A DNA stretch of 64,000 bases from Amoebidium appalachense (taxonomy: Eukaryota; Protista; Ichthyosporea). Each line of letters starts with the position of its first letter. Positions within the stretch are counted from its first letter, which is position 1. The stretch is taken from NCBI GenBank assembly GCA_963693365.1, contig CAVNZM010000001.1, positions 16,549,840-16,613,839 on the forward strand, given 5' to 3'. The translations under genes were made by a program, and so were the position numbers. Shown piece after piece: positions 1 through 28,522 of the stretch. The notes below the pieces were generated by a model. That model was not told where the DNA came from and did not search any database. It saw nothing but the letters and a program-made list of their open reading frames with translations.

Positions 1-143
1 GACATGAAAACTAGAATACCAAAATGCACTAGCAACAGAAGAAAAATAATTACACTCATTGCCACACATTCACACATACACATAAACCATAAATTTCAAC
101 GTCTTTTAAAAAACAAACGCATGTTTGCATCCAAACCCCATAC

Positions 144-515
144 CTCCTCAGCAAGCTTCATAACTGCCGCCCTCAACCCCAGCTGCTGACTCTCAGTGAA
201 ATTATTCCACCGATATCTGATACTTTCATCTAATATGTGCAGCCCAAAATGCCGCACCATATCATTGCACCCAGTCCCCGCATGCGCTAAAAATAAACCA
301 TAGTCGGCGGCATTGGCGGCCTCTTCGAGAAACCGGTTGAGGTACTGGGAAAGTAAGGGTTAGTTGGTGGGATTGTTTGCATGGTGGTGTGAGGTCATCT
401 TATGTCAATTTACTGCGGCGGGTTTCGATCTTCCCATCAATGGCGCATGCTATTGACGTTGGCAGTTATGGTGTTACCCCTCCCCCTGCACCCCCCTCCC
501 TCCCCCCCTCCCCCC

Positions 516-551
<36 letters not shown>

Positions 552-710
552 CCCTCCCCCCCCCCCCCCTCACCACCACCACCACACGCTACCTCAGCGT
601 TAGCTCCCTTGTGGCTAAAATCTCCGACCTAGTTTTTATGAATTGAAAACAAGGTCAAACAGGCGACTTCTTCTTCGTGTTACCCCACGTCATCACCTCC
701 TAGATCCCCT

Positions 711-759
<49 letters not shown>

Positions 760-1285
760 AAAAAAGATTAAAAAAAAACGACCCCCCCCCCCCCCCCCCC
801 CCTCACCCACCCACCCACCCACCCAAACAAATATATATAAAATAAATAATAAAAATAAAAAATAGAATCGCCCACACACCCATAATCGATTTTAACAATG
901 AGAGATTCCACATATCCAACCCTTTCCCTGTAGACTGCTCAGTACTTTGAAAAAACAATACCACCTCACAACTCCTTTCGTGCAGCAATGACCTGTAGCC
1001 TTCTCGTTATAAACAGCATATTCGACACATATCACATTATGCCATCCGGCTACCCCCCCCCCCCCCCCCCCCCCCCTCCCCCCCACAAACACACACACAC
1101 ACACATACACACCAGAAAAAAAAAGGGTGGGAATAGGGAAGGAAAAAAATTTCCCCACATGCACCCACGGCAGCACACACACGGCCAACACTCACTCACC
1201 TCCTGTGCCTGCAGTCGTGCCTGCTGGGTGGAGAATGGACTGTGGATGGTCTCCACAGCAGCCACCAGCAGCTTGAGCACTGAGC

Positions 1286-1324
<39 letters not shown>

Positions 1325-1373
1325 TAACCCTTATTGTTCGAAGCATGAAAAGAAATCACGCCCCACCATCTCC

Positions 1374-1407
<34 letters not shown>

Positions 1408-1742
1408 CCCCCCCCTCCCCCCCCCCCCCACCACCACCACCACCACCCCCACCACCACCACCACCACCATCCCCACCCCCCGGCCGCACCCCTCCGCTCT
1501 TCCGCTGTCAACCAACCACTCCACCCACCCCTCCCTCGACCCATCTCTCCCCAGTCACCCACCCTTGCCAGGCCCTTCAACCCTATCTTTCCTTCACACA
1601 CCGTTGAAACATCCCCACCTCCCTTCCTTCATGGTCCCCTATCAGATTTCCTCTCAATACTTCTTGGCCTTGAACAGAAAACAGTGGTTAATCCCAGAAT
1701 TTTTCTGAAGCTTCTCCTTACAACATCCGCCAGGTTCCCCGC

Positions 1743-1778
<36 letters not shown>

Positions 1779-2147
1779 CCCCGCCCCGCCCCGAAAGCTA
1801 TTTGAATATAAAATAGTGTAGATTAGACAGAGGCAGATTATTACTCCCGTTTTTCTTTTGTTGTGCATTAATTATCAAGCCAGAATACATGCCGGAATTG
1901 TGAGGGAGAAGGAACCGCAGAAGTGGGGGAAAAAAAAAAAACGGTGGAACCGGAAACAAGCCGGACATGACACGTTCCGTCACACAGGTGTTATTTAGCT
2001 TTGTCAAGACTGTAACAAAGACTGCACATAGCATAACATGTAGGCTTTGAAAGAATGTGAGAACAGAAACGATGCTTCGCCAACCTATAATGAAAATCCA
2101 GGTGGGAAAAAAAAAAAATATTTCCCTTTCCTCCCGCCCCCTCCCCC

Positions 2148-2198
<51 letters not shown>

Positions 2199-2746
2199 AA
2201 ACACCCTTACTCCCCCCATCTCCCCCCCCCCCCCCCTCCCCCTCCCCCCACCTCCCCGTCTCCGCCCTCCACCTCCTCCCACTAAGCCCTAGCGCCGCTC
2301 CCGCCTTCCCATTCCCTAATGCACAGGCACGTGTATTTCCCACTGCCACCATCACCAGCCCCAGCCTCCCTCCATACCACCTACTTCGTTGTTTCACCAG
2401 GGAAAAAAATCAGAAGGCGAATAAAAAGAAAAGGGCACAAGAAACAGGCGGACGGGGCAATATTTCAATGCTTGTAAACCTACAGTCAGGTTCACAGCAC
2501 ATCATATTATGATCTTAAAAAGAGCGTTTTCAATTTTTATACCCAAAAATAAGCGAAAAACACACAGTTTTGATAGAGAAAAGGGGGTGTGGGATGGAGT
2601 GGGTAAGAAGAAAACATCAGATGGTTTTGGAAGGCACAGGTTGTAGGGAAAGCGGAAGGGGATGTGCAATTGGCAAAAGCCGGAGGGCGGGGGATGGAGA
2701 GGCGGAATGGTGAGGGGGACGGGGCTTGCTCACCTCCTTCGTCCAT
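144..2746 (-). CDS. XPO5: Exportin-5 (XPO5/MSN5 family), 5' three coding exons; gene continues off the left edge
   Basis: Exons 2746-2734, 1279-1200 and 344-144 have GT/AG ends and consistent phases. Spliced product: MDEGVLKLLVAAVETIHSPFSTQQARLQAQEYLNRFLEEAANAADYGLFLAHAGTGCNDMVRHFGLHILDESIRYRWNNFTESQQLGLRAAVMKLAEE. This matches the importin-beta N-terminal domain of exportin-5 (VRHFGLxIL..I++RWN motif). Confidence 0.85.
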
Positions 2747-3675
2747 TTTCACAGTACGCAGACAGGTACTGCGAGGTCTTTCGAAATCCGACGGCAGATG
2801 CAAGTGCGAATTATCACATACGTTGTGAAGGAAGCATGCACCTTCTTACTGTGGCTGTGAGTAGAAAAATAGAAAACAAATTGTGAGCACAAAAACTGGA
2901 GGAGCTGGGAAAATCTTCTGGTGTTGGGAAATCGTGTAGTTTTTGTTCGGGCGTAACGTGGCTTCAGTCTCGTGCGGCGCTGCCGACCTACCCCAATGAT
3001 CTAAGAGGTTGACGTGTGCTAAGAGGTTGACGTGTGCAGATTCGGCGCAATGAAAACAAGAAACACAAGCGGAGGCTAGGTCGAATCTCAAAGAAGTCAG
3101 TGGCAAAGCTAGAAAGCCCTCACGGCATAGTCATAGCAGTTTTCATATAGCCCTCTACAGTGCAGTAAATATGAAACGGCATCACCGACACGTGCACGTA
3201 CAAAGCCGATAAAGAAGAAAACACGAACGAAAAGGAAGTACACGCTCGCATTGAAGAATTTCAGTTTTGCGCAAAATTTCGGCGGGCTTTGTATTTTAAA
3301 CCAATCAGTGCGCAAGGCTCTCGGAGTAGCCAATCACCGTTATCTGTACTCGGGGCTCGAAATGTTAACCCTGGCAGCATCAATGATGTTCAGGTCTGTT
3401 TAGGAGTCCGGGTGTGGCACAGTTCTCAGAAGTTGCTGCTACCTTTGGAGGTAGCTCTTATTTTTCAAGGCTGACAAAACTTTCCTTCCGAAGCGACGTG
3501 ATCACGCGCCAACTCATACCCTTGAAAAATAGTAGTTTATCATACGGCGGCTGAGGCCACAGTCGCACGTGGCAGTCTTGGTTGGCTCGAATTCGCGTTT
3601 AGACCGAGGCCATGCAAGTGGCCTATTTTGTGCTTCGAACCATCGGCCGTGCCTATTTCATTGACATAAACGAAA
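2747..3675. promoter_or_regulatory. Divergent (bidirectional) promoter region between XPO5 and the OCA4-like gene
   Basis: About 930 bp between two outward-facing ATGs, free of the homopolymers seen elsewhere and CpG-rich. CCAAT boxes at ~3300 (aaccaatcag), ~3330 (agccaatcac) and ~3580 (reverse). An 18-bp direct repeat lies at 3001-3037. Confidence 0.55.
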
Positions 3676-7272
<3,597 letters not shown>

Positions 7273-7381
7273 TGTAGTCGTCTGAGTGTGGAAGTGTGCA
7301 CGGGAGGGGGTGAGCGGTTCGCGTTAGTCGTGCTTCGTAGCTTCGTAGTTTCGTTTTACAATTAGTTGTGCCGGCGCGGGG

Positions 7382-7418
<37 letters not shown>

Positions 7419-8798
7419 TGTTTCCGAATGAATGAATGACCTAAATGCTACGGAACAGCTTGCTGATGGATTTCGTTGTACGAATTAAAATCTGAGCTCC
7501 GAGCTCTTCGAATTCTGTCCAATAAAGATGGTTTTATGTACAGAGGGCCTTCGAGGATGTACTGCGTGCGCGCAGTGCTAATTTTTGTGTCTGAATATCT
7601 GTTGTTCTGAACAATGTTTCTGGCGCACGCATGGCTGGGGCCTGGGGTGTATACGTAGAAAATTCTTGTAGGCATCAGCTGTTTGCCTGCACATGTGCAC
7701 ATGTGGCATGTGGTGCGTATAGAGGTTGGCAATACGTGATAGATGGTGTTGACTCGACGGGCTCCTGTTTCACGGTATACGTAAACGTTTGTGGGCTGGC
7801 TAACACATCTCGTGCGCACGACATGCATATGTGATGGCCATGTACCGGTTGCGTGCCGGTGCAATGTATGAGTCATTGAGGGGAACAGGTGTGTGCTATT
7901 GCAGCACACTATTATATATATATGGACGTGCATGTTTCATAATCAATGGCCTGCAGCCATGCACATGCGCATGCTCTGGAAGTGTATGCCCATAACTTGC
8001 CGGTCGTGACCGCATTCCGCGCATGTTTGTTTGGCCGTGACGTGCACGTGCCTGTGTACGTGCGACAGCCCCCTGGGCTAGCCCATGATCACAGATACCT
8101 GCATTTTCGAAATTCCTACCGTTAAGTTTCGAAACTGCATGCAGGTACCGGTTTTCACGTGCAATTGCAAGCATGCACAGACACGCACCCACGGTGCACG
8201 TATTTTTTGTATGTGTGCCACCGAGGCACACTGTGAATTTTATATGCAATGGGTCACAGGCGGATGTTTGCCTGCACAACAATTTGGAGCTAGAATGGAC
8301 TACGAAAGGTACTGGTGTTATCTGATCGGTATACAAGAGTGCGCATTCCCACACGGGTGTAACGGCTTAGAAGAACGGTTACAACTTTTTAAACAAAAAA
8401 AGAAAAGAAATCGAAACAATGCAGATGGGTGCTAGTGGTAAGCGAAGTGTTGGCTCATGTGCCTACACTACTCATATTCCATCATGTACAGTAACAGCAG
8501 ATTATTGCCTGTATTCCATCCAGCATTAAGACTTTGAAAGAAGAAAGAGAAAGAAGAGAAAATCTAAAGAAAAAAGAACAGAAGTCAAAACTTGAAAACA
8601 AAAAAAAGAGATGCGAGAAAAGAAAAGAGGTGCATGCTTATTTCTCACGAACCCAGTCACTAAACTTCACATCGTGCTATTGGCGTGTATCTATGACATG
8701 GATAGTACCCTTTTTCATTTTACTGACATATTTCACGATGGTCTTTCAGGACAGCATAAGGCAATGTAAGCAGCGCCCATAGAAGATGCTAGCAGCCA

Positions 8799-21377
<12,579 letters not shown>

Positions 21378-21990
21378 GGTGAAAGCGGCCCTAGCTTCAT
21401 ATGAAGATGCGTTCAAGTAACGCCTTATTGCCTCGCATACATAATCATTAGCAGCTACGTACAGGCACTACAGACACGCCACCGACAAACCGCGACCAAG
21501 TTATGGCACACTCACCCACAGCACACAGCTGCAGTGCAGTCGGTGCATACTTTGGCCAGCGTGGTGCTGGTGATACCGTTAGCACCAATAGGAAATAGGC
21601 ATTCTCTGAACGAATGGAAACTTGTTTCGGTTGTGGTTGCGTAATCCTGCATTCCTGAGGCCCTCTGTGCTCGGGCGGGGCTCCCCGCCCCCCCCCACCA
21701 CCATGGGACACCTTGGCCATTCCATCCGCCCCTCTCCAGTATCTACGCTTTCACACGCGCACACGCACACACACATGTGCACAGGCACGCGCACACACAC
21801 ACGTGTACACATGCACACACACAGACTCGTGATCCACATTCCCATTATTATAGGTGCAAATACATATGGGGACTGAGACCGGCTGCCCTAATACAGCTAT
21901 GTCACATTCGGTTATCACAGCACCATGGCCACCGTTGAAATGGCAACATCCCCTCTCCCCCCCCTCCTCCTCCTCCCCTCCAACCCTTCT

Positions 21991-22029
<39 letters not shown>

Positions 22030-22785
22030 ACCCCCACCCCACCCCACCCACCCACCCACCCACCCAAACACACACACACACATCTGTATGCACACCGTGT
22101 ACACTCATCGCGTTTACTTCATGATCACATGCATGTGTACAGTCACGGCCTCGCCCCAGTGGTCCACACAAACACACTGACACCACGGGTGGTGCCCGAT
22201 AGCTGCACACCTCACGGCCCCACACATATCAATATTGATGCGAAAACTGCTTTTTTTTCATAGGTTTCATTGTTATGCTATATTAATATTATGTACACCA
22301 CGCGGCCCACATTCTAAATATACACACTGTCGATTATTTTTCCATCCTTGTTAGCCGCTACAGCCTAACTTGCAACCAAATCATCAACCGTTACATTACT
22401 AGTAATTAGATTAACATATAACTTTAATGATGTCGTGTACGGACAGGTACTGTGAATTCTGAGCCTAATGCGACTGATTCTTCTCAAACCTTAACAGGTC
22501 TACAAATTCAACGTACCCGAGCACCCATGTCTTCGAGATCCCCCAGATTTGATTATCATGTCTGTGTATGGTTCGGAAAGTACCAAACAGATAGCATTTC
22601 TTACAACTTGTTTAATATGGTTATATATCACAACTACAGTCCCCCCCTCGCCCCCCCCCCCCCCCCAAAAAAAAAAAGAAGAAGAAGAAAAGAAAAAGAG
22701 GAAGAAGAAGAAGAAGACGAAGAAGAAGAAGAAGCAGAAGAAGAAAAGAGAGGGGGAGAGGGGGCCGGGAAGAGAGAGAGGGAGG

Positions 22786-22903
<118 letters not shown>

Positions 22904-23038
22904 AAAAAAAAGAAAAGAAGAGAACAAAAGAAACAAGAAGAAAGGGGGGGGGGGGGGGGAGGGGGGAACAACCTCCCCCTTCTCCCCCCCCCTTCCACCC
23001 ACCCACCCACCCACCACCACCACCACCACCACCACCTC

Positions 23039-23597
23039 TCAGCAGTCCGGCTCGTTACAGCTCTGCTCCATAAACGTCCGCTCGGCCGTGCGGTACCTCT
23101 CCTCTTCCGCCTTCTTCTCGAACCATTCCTGCACAACCTGGCCCGCTGATTGGTCAATGGCCGACATCATCAGCATAGTTCGTGCTGCCATCTGGAAGAT
23201 GACGTTGGCCACAAACTGCGTGTTGCACACTGGGAAGACAATAACACACGCCATGAGGCAGCATGAACCGATTGTGATGATGCGCATGTTGTAGTAGTAG
23301 TCAGAGTACCGTTCACTCGCACCGTACGACCTGTGAAAAACGACCATCACGTTACTGTTCATCATTTGCAAGGGTGTGCAGGATGTGTGGTTTCACTTGA
23401 TATATTACATTGTTATACTATAGGGAAAGGGAGTGACCGAAGCTTGGAAGGAGGAAGGGACGGGGGGAAAGTAAAAAGTTTGGTGAAGGAGTAGTAAACT
23501 TCATATAGTTCATGCGAATGAGGGGTATGGCCCACTGGAGTTGTATACATTGCCTACGGACCAAAAATGAGAAGAAGGTAGCGAGATGTAAAGACGG

Positions 23598-23632
<35 letters not shown>

Positions 23633-25053
23633 AAAGCAATGTTGGCTGACCTCAAATTCCATGAGTTTTCGTATCCGCGTGGCAAATTATTTCTGAAGAG
23701 AGTGTTATATGGGGAGGAGGTGGGGAAGGAAGGGGAGGGGGATGCTTACAGCACTGCATAGACGAAGTAAGAGCCCGTGTACGTCGCGAGAAGGAAAATA
23801 AGACCAGTGGTGAAAATTGGGTTGTCAAAACCTATAAGGTCAGGTCGAAAGCGGTTGATGGTAAACGGGATGGTGGAAATAAGTGTGACGGGGATACAGA
23901 ACGGAAGAGGTGCAAAGAAGCGGATTTTCTTGTTTGCTTCGAACGGCCGTGCTATCATCAGAAGGTAGATAACACGTTGACGCTGTGCGATTGCCCCGAT
24001 GGTGATAGTAAGGAAAAACGTGGTACACACACAGGACACATAAACCATGTCCTTGAAGTGCCAATATTTCTCCTCCGCCTCGGCAAAATTGGCAGGAGTG
24101 AGTGGTACTGTCAGGTTGGTAAACTTTAGTTGCAGCGCCGATTGCAGGAAAACGAGACAAACCATGAGACCAAACCTGCCCACGGTCTGCTGTGCAATAT
24201 AATGCCACATGCGTGATCGTACAGCCCTGGTTTTCTTGAATACAACGTGGCCCACTGTGACGACCAACATGACAACAAAGCATATGGTGCTTGGAATAAG
24301 CTGAAGTAGCCACACCTTGTCTGCGGCCTCCTTCGTTTCTACATATACTGTGCTGAAATTGGCCGCGCTCTGTGCAAGGTGCACAATTAACTTGGTTGCC
24401 CGTTTTGCATCGTCCGGTGTCCATGTGCTGCGTGTTGCATTGAGTGCCCGATAGTCGCCTAGATCGTGCAATAGACTGGTGGCCGATTTGTCGAGAAAAT
24501 TCAGAGGATTGACGGTGGTTACTTTGTAGCACATTGCCAGAGTAACCAGCTCGACAGTGGCAACAAACGCAAGGATGAAGACGTAGATGACAAAGGTGAT
24601 GATGATGTACTTCCTGCCAAACATGTGCGCATTGTCGTGCTGCTCCAACATGCGCATGAACCGAGCCCTGGTGAGCCGATCGGGAGAGTTTGGGTTGTGC
24701 ACGAATACAAGGGACTCTCGCCTCCCGTTGGGTAATGTATGCCGGAAACGAACTGTGTTTTCGCCTTTGCCCATTCTGGGACCGCCCTCGGCGTCAACGG
24801 CGTCTGTGTCGTGTACAGAAAGGGTCGTGGCGGCGTCAATGGCGTCTGTGTCGTGTACAGAAAGGGTCGTGGCGGCTACATACTTTTCGATGTCTAGATT
24901 CTTTTTCTCTGTTTTGCTTTTGTCTGCTTCCTGCTGTGTGCATGTGTCTTGTGGCTCCTGGCTACTAGAGCTATGTTGTGTCTCCCCGACTTCTTGGGTT
25001 GGGTTTGGTGCAGGTTGAGGCACTGCGACCTCCTCCTCCTCATGATGTTCCAT
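23039..25053 (-). CDS. Uncharacterised multi-pass (7-8 TM) membrane protein, ~549 aa, 3 exons
   Basis: Exons 25053-23750, 23553-23500 and 23330-23039 have matching phases. An acidic N-terminus (MEHHEEEE…) is followed by 7-8 hydrophobic segments. The start could be the upstream in-frame ATG near 25158. No family recognised. Confidence 0.7.
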
Positions 25054-25323
25054 TGTAATGTTACTGAAAGCTTCTAGCCGAAACGCACTATATGTGTTAC
25101 CAATGATGATGACCAAAACTGATGATCTTGAACCGACCAAAACAGCACTGTTGATCATGAACAGCATCAGCCCAAGGGCAGGGAAAGGTGCGGCGCAATA
25201 TTATGGCAAAAGGAAGCTTCGTGACCGTGACTGTCCCAACTACAGGAGAATGGCCATGGTGCGATGTGCTCGTCCGTACGCCACCGAATGTGGAGTCCCC
25301 TATTGTGAACCTAACTCAATAAT

Positions 25324-25910
25324 GAGCCGCTTCACGTGGGAGCTAGAATTTAGAAATGCGGCAAATCTGGAAGTTCTAAATTGTCTTTAGAACGTTCTAA
25401 ATTGTTCCGGTTCGCACAGGTATGATTTAGATAATTTAGAAACTCTACATTGTTTCTTGCTTTGTTTAATAAATAAATGTAAAAACTTAACACTGAGACT
25501 GTGATAAATATTTTATAAGCTTATAAATATGCATATTAATATTTTTTGCAAGGTTTATATATACGTATCGCTGAAAGCTTCATAACAAAACAGAAGACAG
25601 AAACGACAGCATAGCACAGGTATGCAAAAAAACCCTTTTGGACCAATGATCTTCAATAAGGTCATTGATTGGTCTAGACAAAATGCAGCCGACCAATCGG
25701 AAATCAGTTCAATTTCTAGATTGGCTCCAGACATCTGGAAGACCCCCCCTCCCCCCTCTTCCAGATTGCGACATCTGGAAGATGGGCATCCAGATTCTAG
25801 ACCCTGATGGAATGCATTAAATTTAAAGCGATCGATCGGAGTGGACATTGTTTAACGCTAATTATCTAGATTCCCATTATCTAAATTCTAGCCCCCACGT
25901 GAAGCGGCTC
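25324..25910. mobile_element. MITE (587 bp), PIF/Harbinger-superfamily-like, AAT TSD
   Basis: 31-bp TIRs GAGCCGCTTCACGTGGG(A/G)GCTAGAATTTAGA with one mismatch. 3-bp direct repeat AAT at 25321-25323 and 25911-25913. Internal TCTAGA/TCTGGA repeats, no ORF. Confidence 0.85.
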
Positions 25911-26404
25911 AATGAGTCACCCCGGCCCTTTCCGACCCCTTTTCACTCTTCTACATACCACCACCCACAAGTGCAGCGCTGCGGATTTATTGGCCCACAC
26001 AAAATCCCATGAGTCATTAGAGTGTTCACTGATAGTATTGAAGACTGTTACAATACGAGCTTTCAGTACGGTAGTAGTATGATAAGAGCGTGAGACGAAG
26101 AAGGGGTTTAGTAGATATATTCCTACTTTTTTTTTATTGTTTTATAAAAAATATTCCACAAGTTGGCATAGTATGTATCGATCAAAAATACTATAATGAT
26201 GCTGCCATATTAAGCATTTACATATTTCTATTGCATTGCCCAAGGGGTTTACACACTTTTTATTGCGTGGACATTGCCGGAGGCCCAGCCACATTCGACG
26301 GCCTACTGCGTTTTCCAGCACAGCCAATCAAATGCAGCCAGTGACATATGTACATGCTAGGCAACAATGAGCGCCATCGTAGGATCTGACACCCCTATTA
26401 CATA

Positions 26405-28522
26405 TTATGGGTAAGCAGATGCTAGCATCGGTAGCTCCGACAGAAAGTTAAGGCACCGGATCACAATATCATACTGTGCAGCATTAATAAGGTGATCTAG
26501 GATAGTCATCTTAAAACGGATATATTGAGGAAGAGATGAAGAAAAGAGAATAAAACCGCCAATAACCTCCGGTTCTAATACATTAGCTAACAGGTTGCAT
26601 TTATTGATAGATATGCAGCCGCGAGTAAACCGCCCCCCACACATATTACACATACGAGCAGGAGACACCAGAAACCGATTACACCGCCAAGCCATAATCA
26701 TCTTTGCGTTTTTACACCACACCACATTACGAATAAACGAATCTATGTATGAACGAGACTCTCTAACCGTATCCGCCATATAGGCTACTAGTAGTTGGTG
26801 TTTGTGCGGTCCTAACACCGGAAGGGACTCAACACGTAGAGTAAAAAGATATCTATCAGCCATAGACTTGAAACTATTCATATTCACACTATGATCTAGC
26901 CGTACCTCCGGGGGGGTCGCCAGCCATTCCACATAGCGCTCGGCAATGGGCAGAGACGATGGGGAAGGGAAGAGGTACAGGGGCGAATCCGGCGGGGATG
27001 CGTGTAGCCGGAAGAGCGGGTGGTCCGGGGCACAAGCGGACAGGCGGGTGATGTGCTCGTGAAATTTAAGGGCTAATTCGTGTACGCGTTGTGATGGTGG
27101 TGTGAGTGCGTAGAGAGAATCAAAAAGGCGTCTAGGGATAGGTGTGGAAAGACCAGTGAGAAACATACAACAAGTTGTGTAATGGAAATCATCTAATGAT
27201 TTGAGGACATTAGTAACAGTATCAGGGGGTGCCATAGCTAGTAAGGGCAACCCGTATTCCGACAAAGGGCGAATATATGTGCGAAATATACTAAGACGAT
27301 TGTATAGGTGGACAGTATGAGAAAGAGAAGCAAGATACACATCCCGAAATAACCGAAGACACCTGCCTGCACTCTCCACCCGACGGTCGATCATCCGTTT
27401 GAAACATATGCCCCATTCGTCCACCGGAATCCCCAAATACTTGTATTCGATTGGGCGAGGGAGGGGACTGCCGAAAATACAAACGTCGTCCCATGCCGGT
27501 ATCGATTTTGATAAAAGGGCACACTTTTTGACATTAATCTGCATATCGTTGCGCTGGCACCAATGTTCAACCACACGAATGTATTGCCGTAGTTCGAGAG
27601 GATCGGATGACATAAGCACAATATCGTCGGCAAAAAAGAGGGCGGGAGGAGCCTGGGATGGCAACCCCCCGTCAATTTGTGCCGCAGAAAGAGTGTCGGC
27701 TAAATCATCAATATACAGGTTGAAAAGAAGAGGACTTAGCAGGGACCCTTGAAGTACCCCGCGCGTGCGGGTAAACCCTGGGGATAGCCGCCCATTAACC
27801 ACCGCTCGTCCGCGTGTAAACGTAAACATAGCTTCCAGTAGCCGACCCATTTGGAATGGGACACCGCGAGTGGCTAACTTGGCCCACAGGCGAGGGAGGT
27901 CGACCGTGTCGTACGCGTTCTTAAAATCGATAAATACGAGGTGCTCGGTATCACTTTGAGTTGCATTATGTAGAGTGAGGATTTGTGCGTAACATGAGTG
28001 TCGATGCCGAAACGCCGCCTGAAGAGGGCTCAGCTGGGAAGCCTGCTTAAGGGTGGGGTTACGGGAAAAGGCCTGTAAAAGGCCACTTTCGAATAATCGG
28101 CGAAAAACGGACGTAAGGGTGATAGGGCGAAATTCGTGGATGGGACCCTGTGCAACCGTTTTCTTGATGGGAAACACTAAGGTGGCTAGCCACTCCGAGG
28201 GCACTTTACCGACATCAGAATACCAGCTAAACAACTCGCTAAGAATACATGTAAGTGGTGGCGGCGGGCCACGCTTTTCGTCTTTCTCGGGTCGGGGTGG
28301 GATGAGTACCTTAAGTAGTGCCATAGGGATGCCGTCCGGCCCGCACGCTTTGCGGGACGGGTAACGGGAGACTAACTGCCATACCGCATCTGGGGTAAAA
28401 AGTTCCCCCAATTCCGCCCCAAACTCAGCCGGCCCCGCTGGCCACGCCGTGTGTGGTGGTGGTGGTGTGTCGGAGGGTGGAACAAAAACAGGAGGGGGCG
28501 CCTGCCCCAGGTCCGTGGCCAT
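26405..28522 (-). CDS. LINE reverse transcriptase (ORF2 C-terminal 705 aa, no endonuclease)
   Basis: KACGPDGIP, FRPITLTSVFRRLFE, QAAFR, FIDFKNAYD, GVLQGSLLSPLLFNLYIDDL, FADD, YKYLG, plus a C-terminal CxxC motif. Confidence 0.92.
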   Translation of the reverse strand: MATDLGQAPPPVFVPPSDTPPPPHTAWPAGPAEFGAELGELFTPDAVWQLVSRYPSRKACGPDGIPMALLKVLIPPRPEKDEKRGPPPPLTCILSELFSWYSDVGKVPSEWLATLVFPIKKTVAQGPIHEFRPITLTSVFRRLFESGLLQAFSRNPTLKQASQLSPLQAAFRHRHSCYAQILTLHNATQSDTEHLVFIDFKNAYDTVDLPRLWAKLATRGVPFQMGRLLEAMFTFTRGRAVVNGRLSPGFTRTRGVLQGSLLSPLLFNLYIDDLADTLSAAQIDGGLPSQAPPALFFADDIVLMSSDPLELRQYIRVVEHWCQRNDMQINVKKCALLSKSIPAWDDVCIFGSPLPRPIEYKYLGIPVDEWGICFKRMIDRRVESAGRCLRLFRDVYLASLSHTVHLYNRLSIFRTYIRPLSEYGLPLLAMAPPDTVTNVLKSLDDFHYTTCCMFLTGLSTPIPRRLFDSLYALTPPSQRVHELALKFHEHITRLSACAPDHPLFRLHASPPDSPLYLFPSPSSLPIAERYVEWLATPPEVRLDHSVNMNSFKSMADRYLFTLRVESLPVLGPHKHQLLVAYMADTVRESRSYIDSFIRNVVWCKNAKMIMAWRCNRFLVSPARMCNMCGGRFTRGCISINKCNLLANVLEPEVIGGFILFSSSLPQYIRFKMTILDHLINAAQYDIVIRCLNFLSELPMLASAYP

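Noticed and set aside
593-628. 36-nt AG/GT-bounded in-frame segment (VGDFSHKGANAE) as an extra XPO5 exon
   Set aside because: Exons 2 and 3 join colinearly with exportin-5 homologues without it.
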